Made by a program: the position numbers and the translations under genes
Notes under the pieces: model-generated
Told to the model about the DNA's origin: nothing
The model's database searches: none
The model's input: only the letters and a program-made list of their open reading frames with translations
Shown: piece after piece, positions 18,301 to 27,435 of the stretch
Layout: each line of letters starts with the position of its first letter
How positions within the stretch are numbered: position 1 is the stretch's first letter
Origin: Candidatus Enterousia sp.
Lineage (GTDB): Bacteria; Pseudomonadota; Alphaproteobacteria; Rs-D84
Length of the DNA stretch: 50,495 nt
Assembly: GCA_045601765.1 (NCBI GenBank)
Contig: JAZSAG010000016.1
Span: 1-50,495 of the forward strand
Reading direction: 5' to 3'

Positions 18301-18396
18301 ACGTTCTGTAATGTTTTCCGCCGTTGCTGGCATAACAAATAATAATGCAGGCACTACGGAAACGCCAATCAAAGTATTGTGAATATAGTTTTTCAT
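15316..18396 (-). CDS. Autotransporter outer-membrane protein with Pmp-type (GGA[ILV]/FxxN) passenger repeats
   Basis: 1026 aa. Signal peptide MKNYIHNTLIGVSVVPALLFVMPATA. Many GGAI/GGAM/GGGL and F(x)xN motifs in an Asn/Gly/Thr-rich passenger. C-terminal ~280 aa have alternating beta-barrel sequence ending RVKFRYEF. Confidence 0.85.
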   Translation of the reverse strand: MKNYIHNTLIGVSVVPALLFVMPATAENITERQVISANTTYNNAVANNIASTVANNGGVFYMQDVPNVVLTFEGPSSFSGNSLNNGGMGGVIGNGWLSSLSGSGYTQGGKIVFDGTTTFDSNSTNNPNGAGAIFNYGLGNATSPDIIFYDTATFNNNKATVPMSSVYAGGGAINHRNGMIVFNKSAEFSGNESASQGGAIISGGDIIFNGATSFDGNSAGTNGGAMAIMGGTVSFDQGATFTNNTAAGASAIYITGSASELEFLGNATFSENTGVGTLLNNASGASVTFANGATFDKNTNTLNGSLVNAGTVNVTSGNLIFTNNTGSNGGGLKNAGTVTVNTSGNILFNTNTTSSSAGAFDNGGTVTMTAANVSFLNNASDAGYAGAIFNAGDITISGNENIFSNNTANDTGTTKSGGGAIHNRGNTNTATLVVGTNNSINRFNSNTSQAYGGAIVARAFDGAGQDSEITMNGKTYFSGNQSALDGGAIWNMVAAEGGTTGTSVIVFNGDTTFENNVSGGNGGAIYNNDTITFNGIANFVGNTANGVANDIFNDGTVNFNKDANINGGIDGNGTLNIASGATLNIGTSDITQGEIILNGTMHATLRNADNAQITVNNENGFSGSGTLKLAFDQAGTYHVFGNQTFENIDITNPIYDLVWNGGDVTATMKSVQDIATQNNLTSDAARVISSTSDSSSAQLNNLSVLFQEKLSSGTDADIAAVEQASAAINPEKKSVTQSSVVATQNTLASVISDRMSMIGMGRNGGDMYMDFGGIWAQGLYNKTKLNDSFNGYTRGITAGIDGTINDVWTVGLGYMFAHSDVSGNTRDTDIDSSSIFVYGQYKPSAWYMNAIANYTMSDYTEDGSALGVAVSSDYDVDVFGATVATGYNFIGGLTPELSMRYMHINSSDYTNSLGIKNHFDGADYLTAAMGTRYEFDIYLMNGWVFRPQMHYAVKYDLISDDHSAIVTMPGVNSYILDGERLSRIANEVGVAIGMNYRGLEMSLNYDIEARADYTSQTGRVKFRYEF

Positions 18397-18560
18397 GTAT
18401 TATCCTTTTGGTTTGCACACTCTTAGATATACACACTAAACACACAAAAATAACTAGGTTCGTTTTCATAGGTATAAAGATGATTTTGAAAAATAAATTG
18501 TTACTTGCGGCCACCGAATAAATTGCTATAATCAAACCGTAAATAACCCAGGGATTTAAA

Positions 18561-19166
18561 ATGTTACAAAAAAAAGATATTGTCTTGTTTGATTTTGATG
18601 GTACGTTATCTGGCAAAGATGCCAATACAGAATTTGCAAAATATTGTTTCCGTCACAGTATCCGTCCCTGGTTGTTTCTGCCAATGATATTGTTTTGTGG
18701 TGCGTTTCGTAAATCGCAACCTGACGGCATTTGGTGGCGCCAGGGCATGCGTCGTTTTATAAATAAAAAAATGGTAAAAAAATTGGCACCCGCATTTATC
18801 AAAGAACATAAATTAAATCGTTTTGGTTGGTCCAAGGAACGTGTCCAGGCCGAACGCGACGCGGGTCGTATTGTGATAATGGTTTCTGCATCTGTTGATT
18901 ATTTGTTGCGTCCATTGGTGCGTGATATGAATTTTGATATTGTGTTTTGTTCTGAAACAGAAAAAGATAAACCATGGAAATATAAATCTTTGTGCTTTGG
19001 CGCTAACAAGGTCAGAATGATGGACGAATGGGCGGCATCAAATAAAATAATTCCAAACGTTGTTCGTGCATATTCGGACAGTAAATCAGATATGCCAATG
19101 ATGGAAATTGCCACCGAACAGGTGTGGATAGATGCTAAAACAGGTCTAAGAAAACAAGCCCAGTGA
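18561..19166 (+). CDS. HAD-superfamily hydrolase (subfamily IB-like)
   Basis: Motif I IVLFDFDGTLS, later VSAS and YSDSKSDMPM (motifs II-IV). Confidence 0.75.
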   Translation: MLQKKDIVLFDFDGTLSGKDANTEFAKYCFRHSIRPWLFLPMILFCGAFRKSQPDGIWWRQGMRRFINKKMVKKLAPAFIKEHKLNRFGWSKERVQAERDAGRIVIMVSASVDYLLRPLVRDMNFDIVFCSETEKDKPWKYKSLCFGANKVRMMDEWAASNKIIPNVVRAYSDSKSDMPMMEIATEQVWIDAKTGLRKQAQ

Positions 19167-19197
19167 ATATATTTATAAAACATGTTATTGTGTTTCC

Positions 19198-19461
19198 ATG
19201 GCTGTAATGGAAACACTTTTTGATATACTCAGTGCGTCTTTTGGTGCGATTTGTGGTGCAATATTTGCATTTTTTCTTAATCGCCGGCGCAATCGTCGCA
19301 TAACGGATGAACAGATAATCAGTCGACGTGAACTGGATAAAATGCGCCAAGAAAATCAACGCTTATTAGAACAAATCAAAGACAAAGAAAACATAATCTT
19401 GAAAATGCAAATGCAGTTGTTAGAAAGCGACACCGACAAAAAATCTAAGATAAAAAAATAG
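19198..19461 (+). CDS. Small hypothetical membrane/coiled-coil protein
   Basis: 87-aa ORF. One TM (FGAICGAIFAFFL), an RRRNRR stop-transfer, then a charged helix. Sits just upstream of rmuC. Confidence 0.4.
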   Translation: MAVMETLFDILSASFGAICGAIFAFFLNRRRNRRITDEQIISRRELDKMRQENQRLLEQIKDKENIILKMQMQLLESDTDKKSKIKK

Positions 19462-19544
19462 GGCCATTGGCGGGAAAATTTTATATATAAAAAAGTGGAA
19501 TTGCTGTATTTTTGCTATATAATTCATCAAAAAGGTGTTACGGC

Positions 19545-20768
19545 ATGGATTATATTTCAATTGCAATTGGTTTATTTGCGGGATTTGTTATTGGTTGGTT
19601 GTCACGTCCCCAACAAAAAACTAATGCGGATAAAACTATTCGCCTGGAAACTTTGGCCAAACAATTGCAGTCTGAAAATGATGGGTTGCGTATTAAGTGT
19701 GAAAAATTGGTCGCAGACAGTGCTGCAAATGCTGCCCGTGTGGCGGAACTGACCAGTGTTCGTGAAAAAATGCTGAATGATTTTCGTGCTGTGTCTGCTG
19801 AATTGATTGAAAAACAAAAAGAATCTGTGGTTGGAACTCAAAAGACAGTATTGATACCGGTCCAGGAAGAAATGCAAAAATTAAAGGCCGGTTTTGATAA
19901 ACAAATTCAAGAAATGTTGAAAAATTCTACTGAAAACAAGGTCAGCATTGATGAACAAATCAAATCTATGAAACAACACAGCGACAGATTACAACAAGAG
20001 GCCAGCAATTTGGCCAACGCGTTGCGTAACAAAAAAACACAGGGTTGTTGGGGTGAAACATATTTGGAAAATGTGTTGCAAATGTTGGGTTTTGTCGAAA
20101 ACGTTGATTATACCAAAGAAGAATTTTTCCGCAGCGAAGATGGCGATGTTCGTCCTGACTTTATTGTAAATCTGCCGAATAAAAAGCGCATAATTATCGA
20201 TTCCAAGGTGTCACTGGAAAGTTATTTAAATTATGAAAATGCGCAAAATGACCAAGACCGTGAAAAATACGCAGATGAATTTTTGCGTGCAACGGAAAGT
20301 CACATAGATAAACTGGGGGCCAAAGATTATCAGAAAAAGGTCAAAGATTCTGGATTGGATTATGTGTTTATGTTTATGCCTTTGGAATCTGCATATATTT
20401 TGGCAATGCGCAGAAAGCCTGAATTATACGCCGGTGCGCAAAAGAAAAATGTCGCATTGATAACATCATCATTGTTGTTCCCGATTTTAAAAACAGTTGA
20501 AATGTTATTAAAGTTAGACAAACAAAATAAAAACATATCCGATGTTGTTGAAATGGTAAATAAACTGTATGAAAAATATGTTGGCTTTACAAACAGTTTC
20601 GCGGCAATCGGTAAAAGTTTAACGGCCGCCCAAAACACATATGACCAGGCTAATAAACAGTTGTCTACGGGTTCTGGGAATATGTCGGCGTGGTTTGAAA
20701 AAATTAAAAAGAAAAGTGGAATAACAACAAATAAAACAATAGCCTTGGAATATAAAGATGAAGAATAA
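19545..20768 (+). CDS. rmuC: DNA recombination protein RmuC
   Basis: Start moved to ATG 19545 (AGGTG RBS 7 nt upstream). N-terminal TM, long coiled-coil, then RmuC nuclease-like core (GCWGETYLENVL...PDFIVNLPNKKRIIIDSKVSL...DYVFMFMPLESAY). Confidence 0.85.
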   Translation: MDYISIAIGLFAGFVIGWLSRPQQKTNADKTIRLETLAKQLQSENDGLRIKCEKLVADSAANAARVAELTSVREKMLNDFRAVSAELIEKQKESVVGTQKTVLIPVQEEMQKLKAGFDKQIQEMLKNSTENKVSIDEQIKSMKQHSDRLQQEASNLANALRNKKTQGCWGETYLENVLQMLGFVENVDYTKEEFFRSEDGDVRPDFIVNLPNKKRIIIDSKVSLESYLNYENAQNDQDREKYADEFLRATESHIDKLGAKDYQKKVKDSGLDYVFMFMPLESAYILAMRRKPELYAGAQKKNVALITSSLLFPILKTVEMLLKLDKQNKNISDVVEMVNKLYEKYVGFTNSFAAIGKSLTAAQNTYDQANKQLSTGSGNMSAWFEKIKKKSGITTNKTIALEYKDEE

Positions 20769-21267
20769 TCTTGAAATGAAACTTTGTGGTGATTTGGTTT
20801 TGCGGACTTTGTGTGCGCCGGTTTCGGATATTGATTCAAATATTTTATCTGTTATGGACGATATGGTTGAAATGATGAAATCGCAAAACGGTGTTGGTCT
20901 TGCCGCCCCCCAGGTTGGAATCTTGTCCAGATTCTTGGTCATGATGGATCCTGATACTGAAACGGTATACCGTATGATAAATCCGCATATTTTGGAACAT
21001 GGTTCTGACACCTGTACTATGGAAGAGGGCTGCTTGTCTGTTTTGGGACATGACGGTTTACCTGTTTATGCAAATGTTACGCGCCCGTCCAGTGTAATCG
21101 TTGAATGGACAGATGAATCAGGCGCGCAAAAAACAGCCCAAATGTCGGGTTTGCCTGCGCGTATTGTGCAACATGAAACAGATCATTTAGATGGAAAATT
21201 GTTCATTGATTACCTGTCACCGGTTCGTCGTGAAATGTTAATGCGCAAGGTAAGGAAACGTAAATGA
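20758..21267 (+). CDS. def: Peptide deformylase
   Basis: Motifs GVGLAAPQVG, EGCLSV and QHETDHLDG. ATG overlaps the rmuC stop. Confidence 0.9.
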   Translation: MKNNLEMKLCGDLVLRTLCAPVSDIDSNILSVMDDMVEMMKSQNGVGLAAPQVGILSRFLVMMDPDTETVYRMINPHILEHGSDTCTMEEGCLSVLGHDGLPVYANVTRPSSVIVEWTDESGAQKTAQMSGLPARIVQHETDHLDGKLFIDYLSPVRREMLMRKVRKRK

Positions 21268-22070
21268 AATTAGTTTTAATGGGCACTAATGCGTTTGTTG
21301 TACCAATGTTTGACGCGATAAAAAATGCGGGTCATGAAATAATGGCGGTCTTTACGCGTGCCCCCAAACCGGTTGGTCGTAAACAGGTCTTAACGCCATC
21401 GCCGGTGCATACCTGGGCGGTCCAGAATGATTTGCCTGTGCATACCAATATCACAGAATATAATCTTGCGCCAGACATGGTTGTTGTTGTTTCTTATGGT
21501 GTTTTGTTGCGTGACAATGTGCTGTCCAGTGCGCCTGTTATCAATATTCACCCCAGTGATTTACCGCAATATCGTGGCCCATCGCCAATTCGTACTGCGA
21601 TTTATAATGGTGACACAAAATCGGCAGTGTGTTTGATGCAGGTTACGCCTGAAATGGATGCCGGGGATATTTATATGCGTCGCGAATTTGATATCGGGTT
21701 AAATGAAACAAATTCAGATATAGAAAATCATGTATCGTCCATTGGTGCCGATATGTTGGTTAAATATTTATCAAACCCGGGCGCGTATGTCGGCGTTCCA
21801 CAATCGGGCACGCCAACATATACACGTAAATGGACGGGCACAGATGAAATTATTGATTGGTCACGTGGTGATGTCGCGGTTCACAATCAAATACGCGCGC
21901 TGGGGTGCGGACGTACCAAAATAAATGGTGCGGATGTTAAGATTTTATCAACACGGCTAAATGGTGATAAATTGGAAATATTGCAAATTCAGCCTGCCGG
22001 TAAAAAGCCGATGGATTGGCGCAGTTTTGTAAATGGTCTGCATGGCACAGAAATAAAAATAGGGGAATAG
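21264..22070 (+). CDS. fmt: Methionyl-tRNA formyltransferase (short form)
   Basis: 4-nt overlap with def. N-terminal formyltransferase fold with INIHPSDLPQYRGPSPI (HPSLLP-type motif). At 268 aa it is shorter than typical Fmt. Confidence 0.85.
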   Translation: MKLVLMGTNAFVVPMFDAIKNAGHEIMAVFTRAPKPVGRKQVLTPSPVHTWAVQNDLPVHTNITEYNLAPDMVVVVSYGVLLRDNVLSSAPVINIHPSDLPQYRGPSPIRTAIYNGDTKSAVCLMQVTPEMDAGDIYMRREFDIGLNETNSDIENHVSSIGADMLVKYLSNPGAYVGVPQSGTPTYTRKWTGTDEIIDWSRGDVAVHNQIRALGCGRTKINGADVKILSTRLNGDKLEILQIQPAGKKPMDWRSFVNGLHGTEIKIGE

Positions 22071-22073
22071 TTT

Positions 22074-22445
22074 ATGTTAAACAAGTGTAATACTATCAGT
22101 GAAAATTGCAAAGATTGTTGCCATCATGATCATGGCTATTGTTATTATGGTCCGAAAATACTGGTCAGTATATTTGGGCCAATGCGTGTGCCGAAAACCG
22201 GTTGGTGTAACAGATTTGACAATAAAATAAAAAATGATATGGTAATGACTATACAAAAAACAGATAATATGAAATTAACGCAAGAACAAAAGGCATGCAG
22301 AAACTGTGTTGGTTTTAGGGACTGTGCATGCTATCGCAGACCATGGATATTGTTGTATTTATTTGGTCCATTGTTTGTTGGCCCGGGTGATAAATGTTGG
22401 AAATTTAAAAATAAACACATGGCGGAAAACACCAGATCCAGATAA
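22074..22445 (+). CDS. Small Cys-rich protein with internal duplication, unknown function
   Basis: 123 aa. Two ~45-aa repeats (CKDCCHHDHGYCYYGPKILVSIFGPMRVPKTGWCNRFDNK / CRNCVGFRDCACYRRPWILLYLFGPLFVGPGDKCWKFKNK). Starts 3 nt after fmt and overlaps the truA start (ATAATGA). Confidence 0.55.
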   Translation: MLNKCNTISENCKDCCHHDHGYCYYGPKILVSIFGPMRVPKTGWCNRFDNKIKNDMVMTIQKTDNMKLTQEQKACRNCVGFRDCACYRRPWILLYLFGPLFVGPGDKCWKFKNKHMAENTRSR

Positions 22446-23194
22446 TGACACGATATAAAATCAATCTTGAATACGACGGTACAGATTTAATTGGCTGGCA
22501 GGAAAATCGGCAGGGTCCATCTGTGCAATCAATTGTCAAAGACGCAATTGAAAAATTTTGTGGCATTCGTCCCGATGTCGTCGGGGCAGGGCGCACGGAT
22601 GCCGGCGTTCATGCCGTAAACATGACGGCGCATTTTGATTTGCCGGAATCCTGTCACAGTGGTCAAACTGTTCAAAGTGCATTGAATTTTTATATGACTG
22701 AAAAACCTGTGTCGGTGTTAAATTGCGAAATTGTATCGGATGATTTTAATGCGCGTTTTGCATGTTCTGCGCGTCATTATAAATATGTTGTTTTGAATCG
22801 CAGTGCCGCACCCGTATTACAAAAAAATCGTGTTTATTGGATGCCCAGAAAATTAAATGTGGACGCAATGCGTTCCGCCGCAACTATGTTGTTAGGCAAC
22901 CATGATTTTACCAGTTTTCGCGCATCCCAGTGCCAGGCAAAATCACCGGTAAAAACATTGGATAAAATAGAAATAACCCAGAACGGCGATGAAATTATAT
23001 TTGAATTTTCTGCGCGTTCATTTTTGCATCACATGGTGCGAAACATTGTTGGGACGTTGATAGAAATCGGGCTGGGTAAACCATACGATATTGATGAAAT
23101 TTTAAATGCGAAAAATCGCAGTGCCGCGGGTCCAACCGCACCGGCATCTGGTTTGTATTTTATTCGTGCCGATTATAATGCCATCGACGTTTAG
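22445..23194 (+). CDS. truA: tRNA pseudouridine(38-40) synthase TruA
   Basis: YKINLEYDGTDLIGWQ...GAGRTDAGVHA catalytic Asp motif; later FLHHMVRNIVG. Confidence 0.9.
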   Translation: MTRYKINLEYDGTDLIGWQENRQGPSVQSIVKDAIEKFCGIRPDVVGAGRTDAGVHAVNMTAHFDLPESCHSGQTVQSALNFYMTEKPVSVLNCEIVSDDFNARFACSARHYKYVVLNRSAAPVLQKNRVYWMPRKLNVDAMRSAATMLLGNHDFTSFRASQCQAKSPVKTLDKIEITQNGDEIIFEFSARSFLHHMVRNIVGTLIEIGLGKPYDIDEILNAKNRSAAGPTAPASGLYFIRADYNAIDV

Positions 23195-25106
23195 TTGGTG
23201 TGTATTTTATATTTCCATCTGGGTATATTACAAATCCGCCACGTAGAATTTTATGTGCGCACTTTTCAGAATCTATATCGAAATAAGAAACAATATAATC
23301 AATGTTTTTATCATTGCATAATTTATCGATATTGTTCATCAATGGGACAAATTTTTGTATATAGACTAAATTAAAATGTTCTGTGTTATATTCATACACG
23401 CCCTTGTTATGCTTTCTGCGTTTGTTTTTGGGTTGTGGTTCTTCACCATTTATTTGCCGCCATGTATCGAATGCAAAAAAGTGATTTGCCGAACGTGATT
23501 TATTAAATTCTAATTTGTTATCTGTGCCAACAAACGCAACCAATTCGGTATCGTACGCAGAATAAAATACTGGTTTATCCGCCGTGTATACATTTATTAA
23601 CCCGGCGCATATGAACATACAAAACAGTGCATAATTTTCTTTGAATTTACTGGGCTTGATAATGATAAGGCAAATAAATGCAATAATAAAACATATCATT
23701 GCGGTATTTGGTATATACGGCACACTGATTTGCGCAAATGGCATTTCAGAAATATATTGTGCGATATTCAGTGAAAACGTGTAAATATCATGTGCAATCT
23801 CTATTGGGAAATATAAACCAAATATTGCAGAAATAGTTCCGATTAAAACCAGTGGCATTATCATCACAGAAAATATCGGCAGCAAAATTAAATTCCCAAT
23901 CAGTCCATATATCTGAATTATGCCAAAGTGTGCCGCAACAAAAGGCGCAGTAAACACAGACGCCACCAGTGATGTTAAAATTGTCGCATAAATTATTTTC
24001 ATTAATTTATTTTTCGGCATCTTTGGTTTGACGACTGTATATAACCACACCAGTCCAAATACTGCCGCGAATGATAATTGAAATCCTGCCTGCATAACGC
24101 TGTGTGGGTTCATCAAGAATATTGCACAAAATGCCAACGCAACATTACGCAAAGAAATCGCACTGCGTCCCAGAATAAATGCACCAAATACAAATGTTGT
24201 CATTAAAAACGCGCGAATTGTTGCAATGTCTGCACCTGATAAAAACAGATATAACATCAGTCCCACCCATGCAATAATCATCGCGGGAATTTTGGCTGGG
24301 ATTCTGCGTGTGATATATGGCACAGATCTGCATATTAAATAAAAAATTGCAAACAACCAACCGCCAACCAATGTCATGTGAAAACCACTGATTGACCAAA
24401 TGTGTCCAACACCTGTGGCCGTCCATACTTTATCATCGGTTGCCGGCACTTTGTCTTTATATCCCAATACCAGTGTATCGACCAGAAAAGACCGTGATAC
24501 ATTATGCAAAAAATCACGATATGCATTTATTCCACTGCTGGGCGCATCGTCAGTGACGGTAATATCTTTTGCATACCCTGTTGCGGTTAAATTATTAAAA
24601 TATGCCCAACGTGCATAGTCAAATGTTCCCGGCGCAAATGCAGGGCTTGGTTTAAATATCCCGCCATTCACAGTTATTGTATTCCCGATATATGGAATTG
24701 TAATATCATCAGTGACAGATATTCGTACATTTGCAAAACCATCACCCGCATTGATAATATCGGCAGGTGTCTTGATATAAATTTTTGTTTTACCATCCGC
24801 ATAATCAATAGATTTAACAGTACCTGTAAAGGTTATATTATTTATATCATGACTGATTTGTGGTGTGTTTAAGAAATTAGTAAATGCACATGCATAGCAA
24901 AAACCGAACAGTATTAAAACGATTGCGCGAATTGCGCGCGGTATTTTATGAATGCATGCAGTGATAAACAGTGCCCCAGATAATAACAGTGGTGCGATTA
25001 AATTTGGTTCGGTCGGCATTATAAAATACAACGCTGCGCCACCTGCCAGTAAAAATGGCACATACAGAAAAGAATTTTCTTGTTGTGATATCAACCATTT
25101 ATTCAT
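23160..25106 (-). CDS. comEC: ComEC/Rec2-family competence channel protein
   Basis: 648 aa, polytopic, with a DUF4131-like N-terminus and competence domain (WTATGVGHIWSISGFHMTLV). No metallo-beta-lactamase domain visible. 35-nt convergent overlap with truA. Confidence 0.8.
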   Translation of the reverse strand: MNKWLISQQENSFLYVPFLLAGGAALYFIMPTEPNLIAPLLLSGALFITACIHKIPRAIRAIVLILFGFCYACAFTNFLNTPQISHDINNITFTGTVKSIDYADGKTKIYIKTPADIINAGDGFANVRISVTDDITIPYIGNTITVNGGIFKPSPAFAPGTFDYARWAYFNNLTATGYAKDITVTDDAPSSGINAYRDFLHNVSRSFLVDTLVLGYKDKVPATDDKVWTATGVGHIWSISGFHMTLVGGWLFAIFYLICRSVPYITRRIPAKIPAMIIAWVGLMLYLFLSGADIATIRAFLMTTFVFGAFILGRSAISLRNVALAFCAIFLMNPHSVMQAGFQLSFAAVFGLVWLYTVVKPKMPKNKLMKIIYATILTSLVASVFTAPFVAAHFGIIQIYGLIGNLILLPIFSVMIMPLVLIGTISAIFGLYFPIEIAHDIYTFSLNIAQYISEMPFAQISVPYIPNTAMICFIIAFICLIIIKPSKFKENYALFCMFICAGLINVYTADKPVFYSAYDTELVAFVGTDNKLEFNKSRSANHFFAFDTWRQINGEEPQPKNKRRKHNKGVYEYNTEHFNLVYIQKFVPLMNNIDKLCNDKNIDYIVSYFDIDSEKCAHKILRGGFVIYPDGNIKYTPTKRRWHYNRHE

Positions 25107-25187
25107 AGTTATCAGTATAGGAATTTATTCAATTGCACTGCAACGAAAAATTTCGTAACATAGACACACATAAGGGGGTATTATCTT

Positions 25188-26759
25188 ATGGCAAAGTATA
25201 TATTTATCACAGGTGGTGTTGTTTCCAGTTTAGGCAAGGGCGTCGCGGCGGCAAGTTGCGGTGCCCTTCTTCAATCACGGGGCTACAGCGTGCATGCACG
25301 CAAATTTGACCCGTATTTGAACATAGACCCAGGTACCATGTCACCATTCCAACATGGCGAAGTTTACGTCACCAATGACGGCTATGAAACGGATTTAGAT
25401 TTGGGCTATTACGAACGGTTCTTGGGGGCGCGTCTGACCCGAAACGATTCGGTGTCTGGTGGTCGTATTTATTGGGATGTTTTAAACGCGGAACGTCATG
25501 GCGATTATTTGGGTGCGACGGTCCAGATGATTCCGCATGTTACCAATAAAATCAAAGAATATATATCTGCCCCCACAGATACAGATTTTGTTGTTTGTGA
25601 AATTGGTGGCACTGTTGGTGACATCGAAGGCAAAGTGTTCTTGGAATCTATTCGTCAATTTGCAAATGATGTTGGACGTAAAAATGTTATGTTTATCCAT
25701 TTGACGTTGGCACCTTATTTAGAAAAATCTGGTGAATTAAAAACCAAGCCTACACAAATGTCTGTGCGTAATTTATTGGAAAACGGTATCCAGGCAGACA
25801 TGTTAATTGTTCGCAGTCCGCGAATGTTGACCGCGTCAGAACGTGATAAAATCGGTATGTTTTGTAATTTGCCTGCGAAAAGCGTTATCAGTGGTATTGA
25901 TGTTGATAATATCTATAAAATTCCATTGGCGTACGAAGCGCAACATGTGTTTGACATAATCGCAGATCATTTTAATTTACCGCACGCACGTGGTGATATG
26001 ACCCGATTTGAAAAAATAGAAAGATATTTAACATCTGATATTCCAACTGTGACAATTGGTGTTGTTGGAAAATATTTTGATGTTCCTGATGCGTACAAGT
26101 CTTTGAACGAGGCGTTATTTCACGCAGGTCTGCAAAACAATGTCCGTGTAAAATTACAAAAAATCAACGCCGAAGAATTCAGCCCTGACAAGTGTAGTGA
26201 CATAGATGGTATTTTGGTTCCGGGCGGTTTTGGTGAACGTGGTGTTTCTGGGAAAATTGCTGCGGCAACATTTGCGCGTGAAAATAATATCCCATACATG
26301 GGAATATGCCTGGGGATGCAGGTCGCAGTTATTGAATTTGCGCGTAATGTTCTGGGAATAACAGATGCAAATTCAACTGAATTTAAAAAAGACTGTACCC
26401 CGGTCATAGGCATAATTTCTGATTGTGATTCTGACAATTATGGCGGCACATTACGTCTGGGGGCGTATCCGTGTGAAATTACACCTGATACATTGGCACA
26501 TAAAATCTATGGCACCACACAAATCAGTGAACGCCATCGCCACAGATATGAAATGGATATTGATTTAGAACAAAAATTTGCATCTGCTGGTATGATAATA
26601 TCCGGCCGCAGCCCAGACGGCAAATTGCCCGAGATAATAGAATTAAAAAATCATCCATTCTTTGTTGCGGGTCAATTTCATCCTGAATTTCAATCCAGTC
26701 CGTATTCTGGTCACCCCATGTTTAATGCCTTTATTGGTGCGGCAAAACACAGGAAATAA
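25188..26759 (+). CDS. pyrG: CTP synthase
   Basis: MAKYIFITGGVVSSLGKG, and glutaminase domain GICLGMQ...HRHRYE. Confidence 0.95.
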   Translation: MAKYIFITGGVVSSLGKGVAAASCGALLQSRGYSVHARKFDPYLNIDPGTMSPFQHGEVYVTNDGYETDLDLGYYERFLGARLTRNDSVSGGRIYWDVLNAERHGDYLGATVQMIPHVTNKIKEYISAPTDTDFVVCEIGGTVGDIEGKVFLESIRQFANDVGRKNVMFIHLTLAPYLEKSGELKTKPTQMSVRNLLENGIQADMLIVRSPRMLTASERDKIGMFCNLPAKSVISGIDVDNIYKIPLAYEAQHVFDIIADHFNLPHARGDMTRFEKIERYLTSDIPTVTIGVVGKYFDVPDAYKSLNEALFHAGLQNNVRVKLQKINAEEFSPDKCSDIDGILVPGGFGERGVSGKIAAATFARENNIPYMGICLGMQVAVIEFARNVLGITDANSTEFKKDCTPVIGIISDCDSDNYGGTLRLGAYPCEITPDTLAHKIYGTTQISERHRHRYEMDIDLEQKFASAGMIISGRSPDGKLPEIIELKNHPFFVAGQFHPEFQSSPYSGHPMFNAFIGAAKHRK

Positions 26760-26761
26760 AA

Positions 26762-26783
26762 ATCAGCCCCAAACGGGGCTGAT
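26762..26783. terminator. Bidirectional terminator
   Basis: atcagcccc-aaac-ggggctgat between convergent pyrG and the RNHCP-type gene. Confidence 0.65.
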
Positions 26784-27097
26784 TAATTTCCAAAAATAAA
26801 AGATTTATTGCTGGATAATTCTATGATTGCGTCAATATTGTCATCATCAGATGTTCGTTGACGTTTTTCTTTGCCACATATTTCACATTTATGCGTGATG
26901 ACAAAGCGTTCGCCATCTGGGGTCACAGATATTGGTGCCATCATTCCGCCACATGTTGCCCCGCGGTCGCCAGGATTGTTGTCGACGTGTTTTGACCACA
27001 GACAATTTGGACAGTGATTGGTATATCCATTACCATGAACAACTGTGCCACAATGGGCACAGTTAAAATCTTCAACTTTTTTTGTAAACGTCTTCAT
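26783..27097 (-). CDS. RNHCP-domain zinc-ribbon protein
   Basis: CAHCG...YTNHCPNCLWSKHVD...CGGMM...CEICG pattern of the RNHCP family. Confidence 0.7.
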   Translation of the reverse strand: MKTFTKKVEDFNCAHCGTVVHGNGYTNHCPNCLWSKHVDNNPGDRGATCGGMMAPISVTPDGERFVITHKCEICGKEKRQRTSDDDNIDAIIELSSNKSFIFGN

Positions 27098-27345
27098 TAT
27101 AACCCCAACGCACTGCGGTACATTTTTGTCAGTTCATCTGCTTCGTCTAATTCATCCGGGTCCAGTTTACGCAAACGTATCATTTGTCTGATGTATTTTG
27201 GGTCAAAACCTGCAGATTTTGCTTCGCTGTATACTTCCTTGATATCTGCGGCGATTGCAGCGGTATCTTCATTCAGTTTTTCAATACGTTCAATAATGCT
27301 GATTAATTGCTGGTTATCAATTGCACCGTGATTTTCTTGTTTCAT
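27097..27345 (-). CDS. gapR: UPF0335/DUF2312 protein (GapR-type nucleoid-associated protein)
   Basis: QLISIIERIEKLNEDTAAIAADIKEVYSEAKSAGFDPKYIRQMIRLRKLDPDE matches the alphaproteobacterial DUF2312 consensus. Confidence 0.8.
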   Translation of the reverse strand: MKQENHGAIDNQQLISIIERIEKLNEDTAAIAADIKEVYSEAKSAGFDPKYIRQMIRLRKLDPDELDEADELTKMYRSALGL

Positions 27346-27435
27346 ATTTGTTTTCCCCTTGTTTATTTGACGACTTTATGATATACCATAAAAGACAAAA
27401 ATCAAGAAAAACAAAAAAAGAGTTAGGAAGAAAAT

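Noticed and set aside
21264-22070. fmt possibly truncated or a pseudogene (268 aa)
   Set aside because: The catalytic N-domain motifs are intact and the gene is tightly coupled to def and the next ORF. A shortened C-terminal domain fits a reduced genome, so I kept it as a functional CDS.
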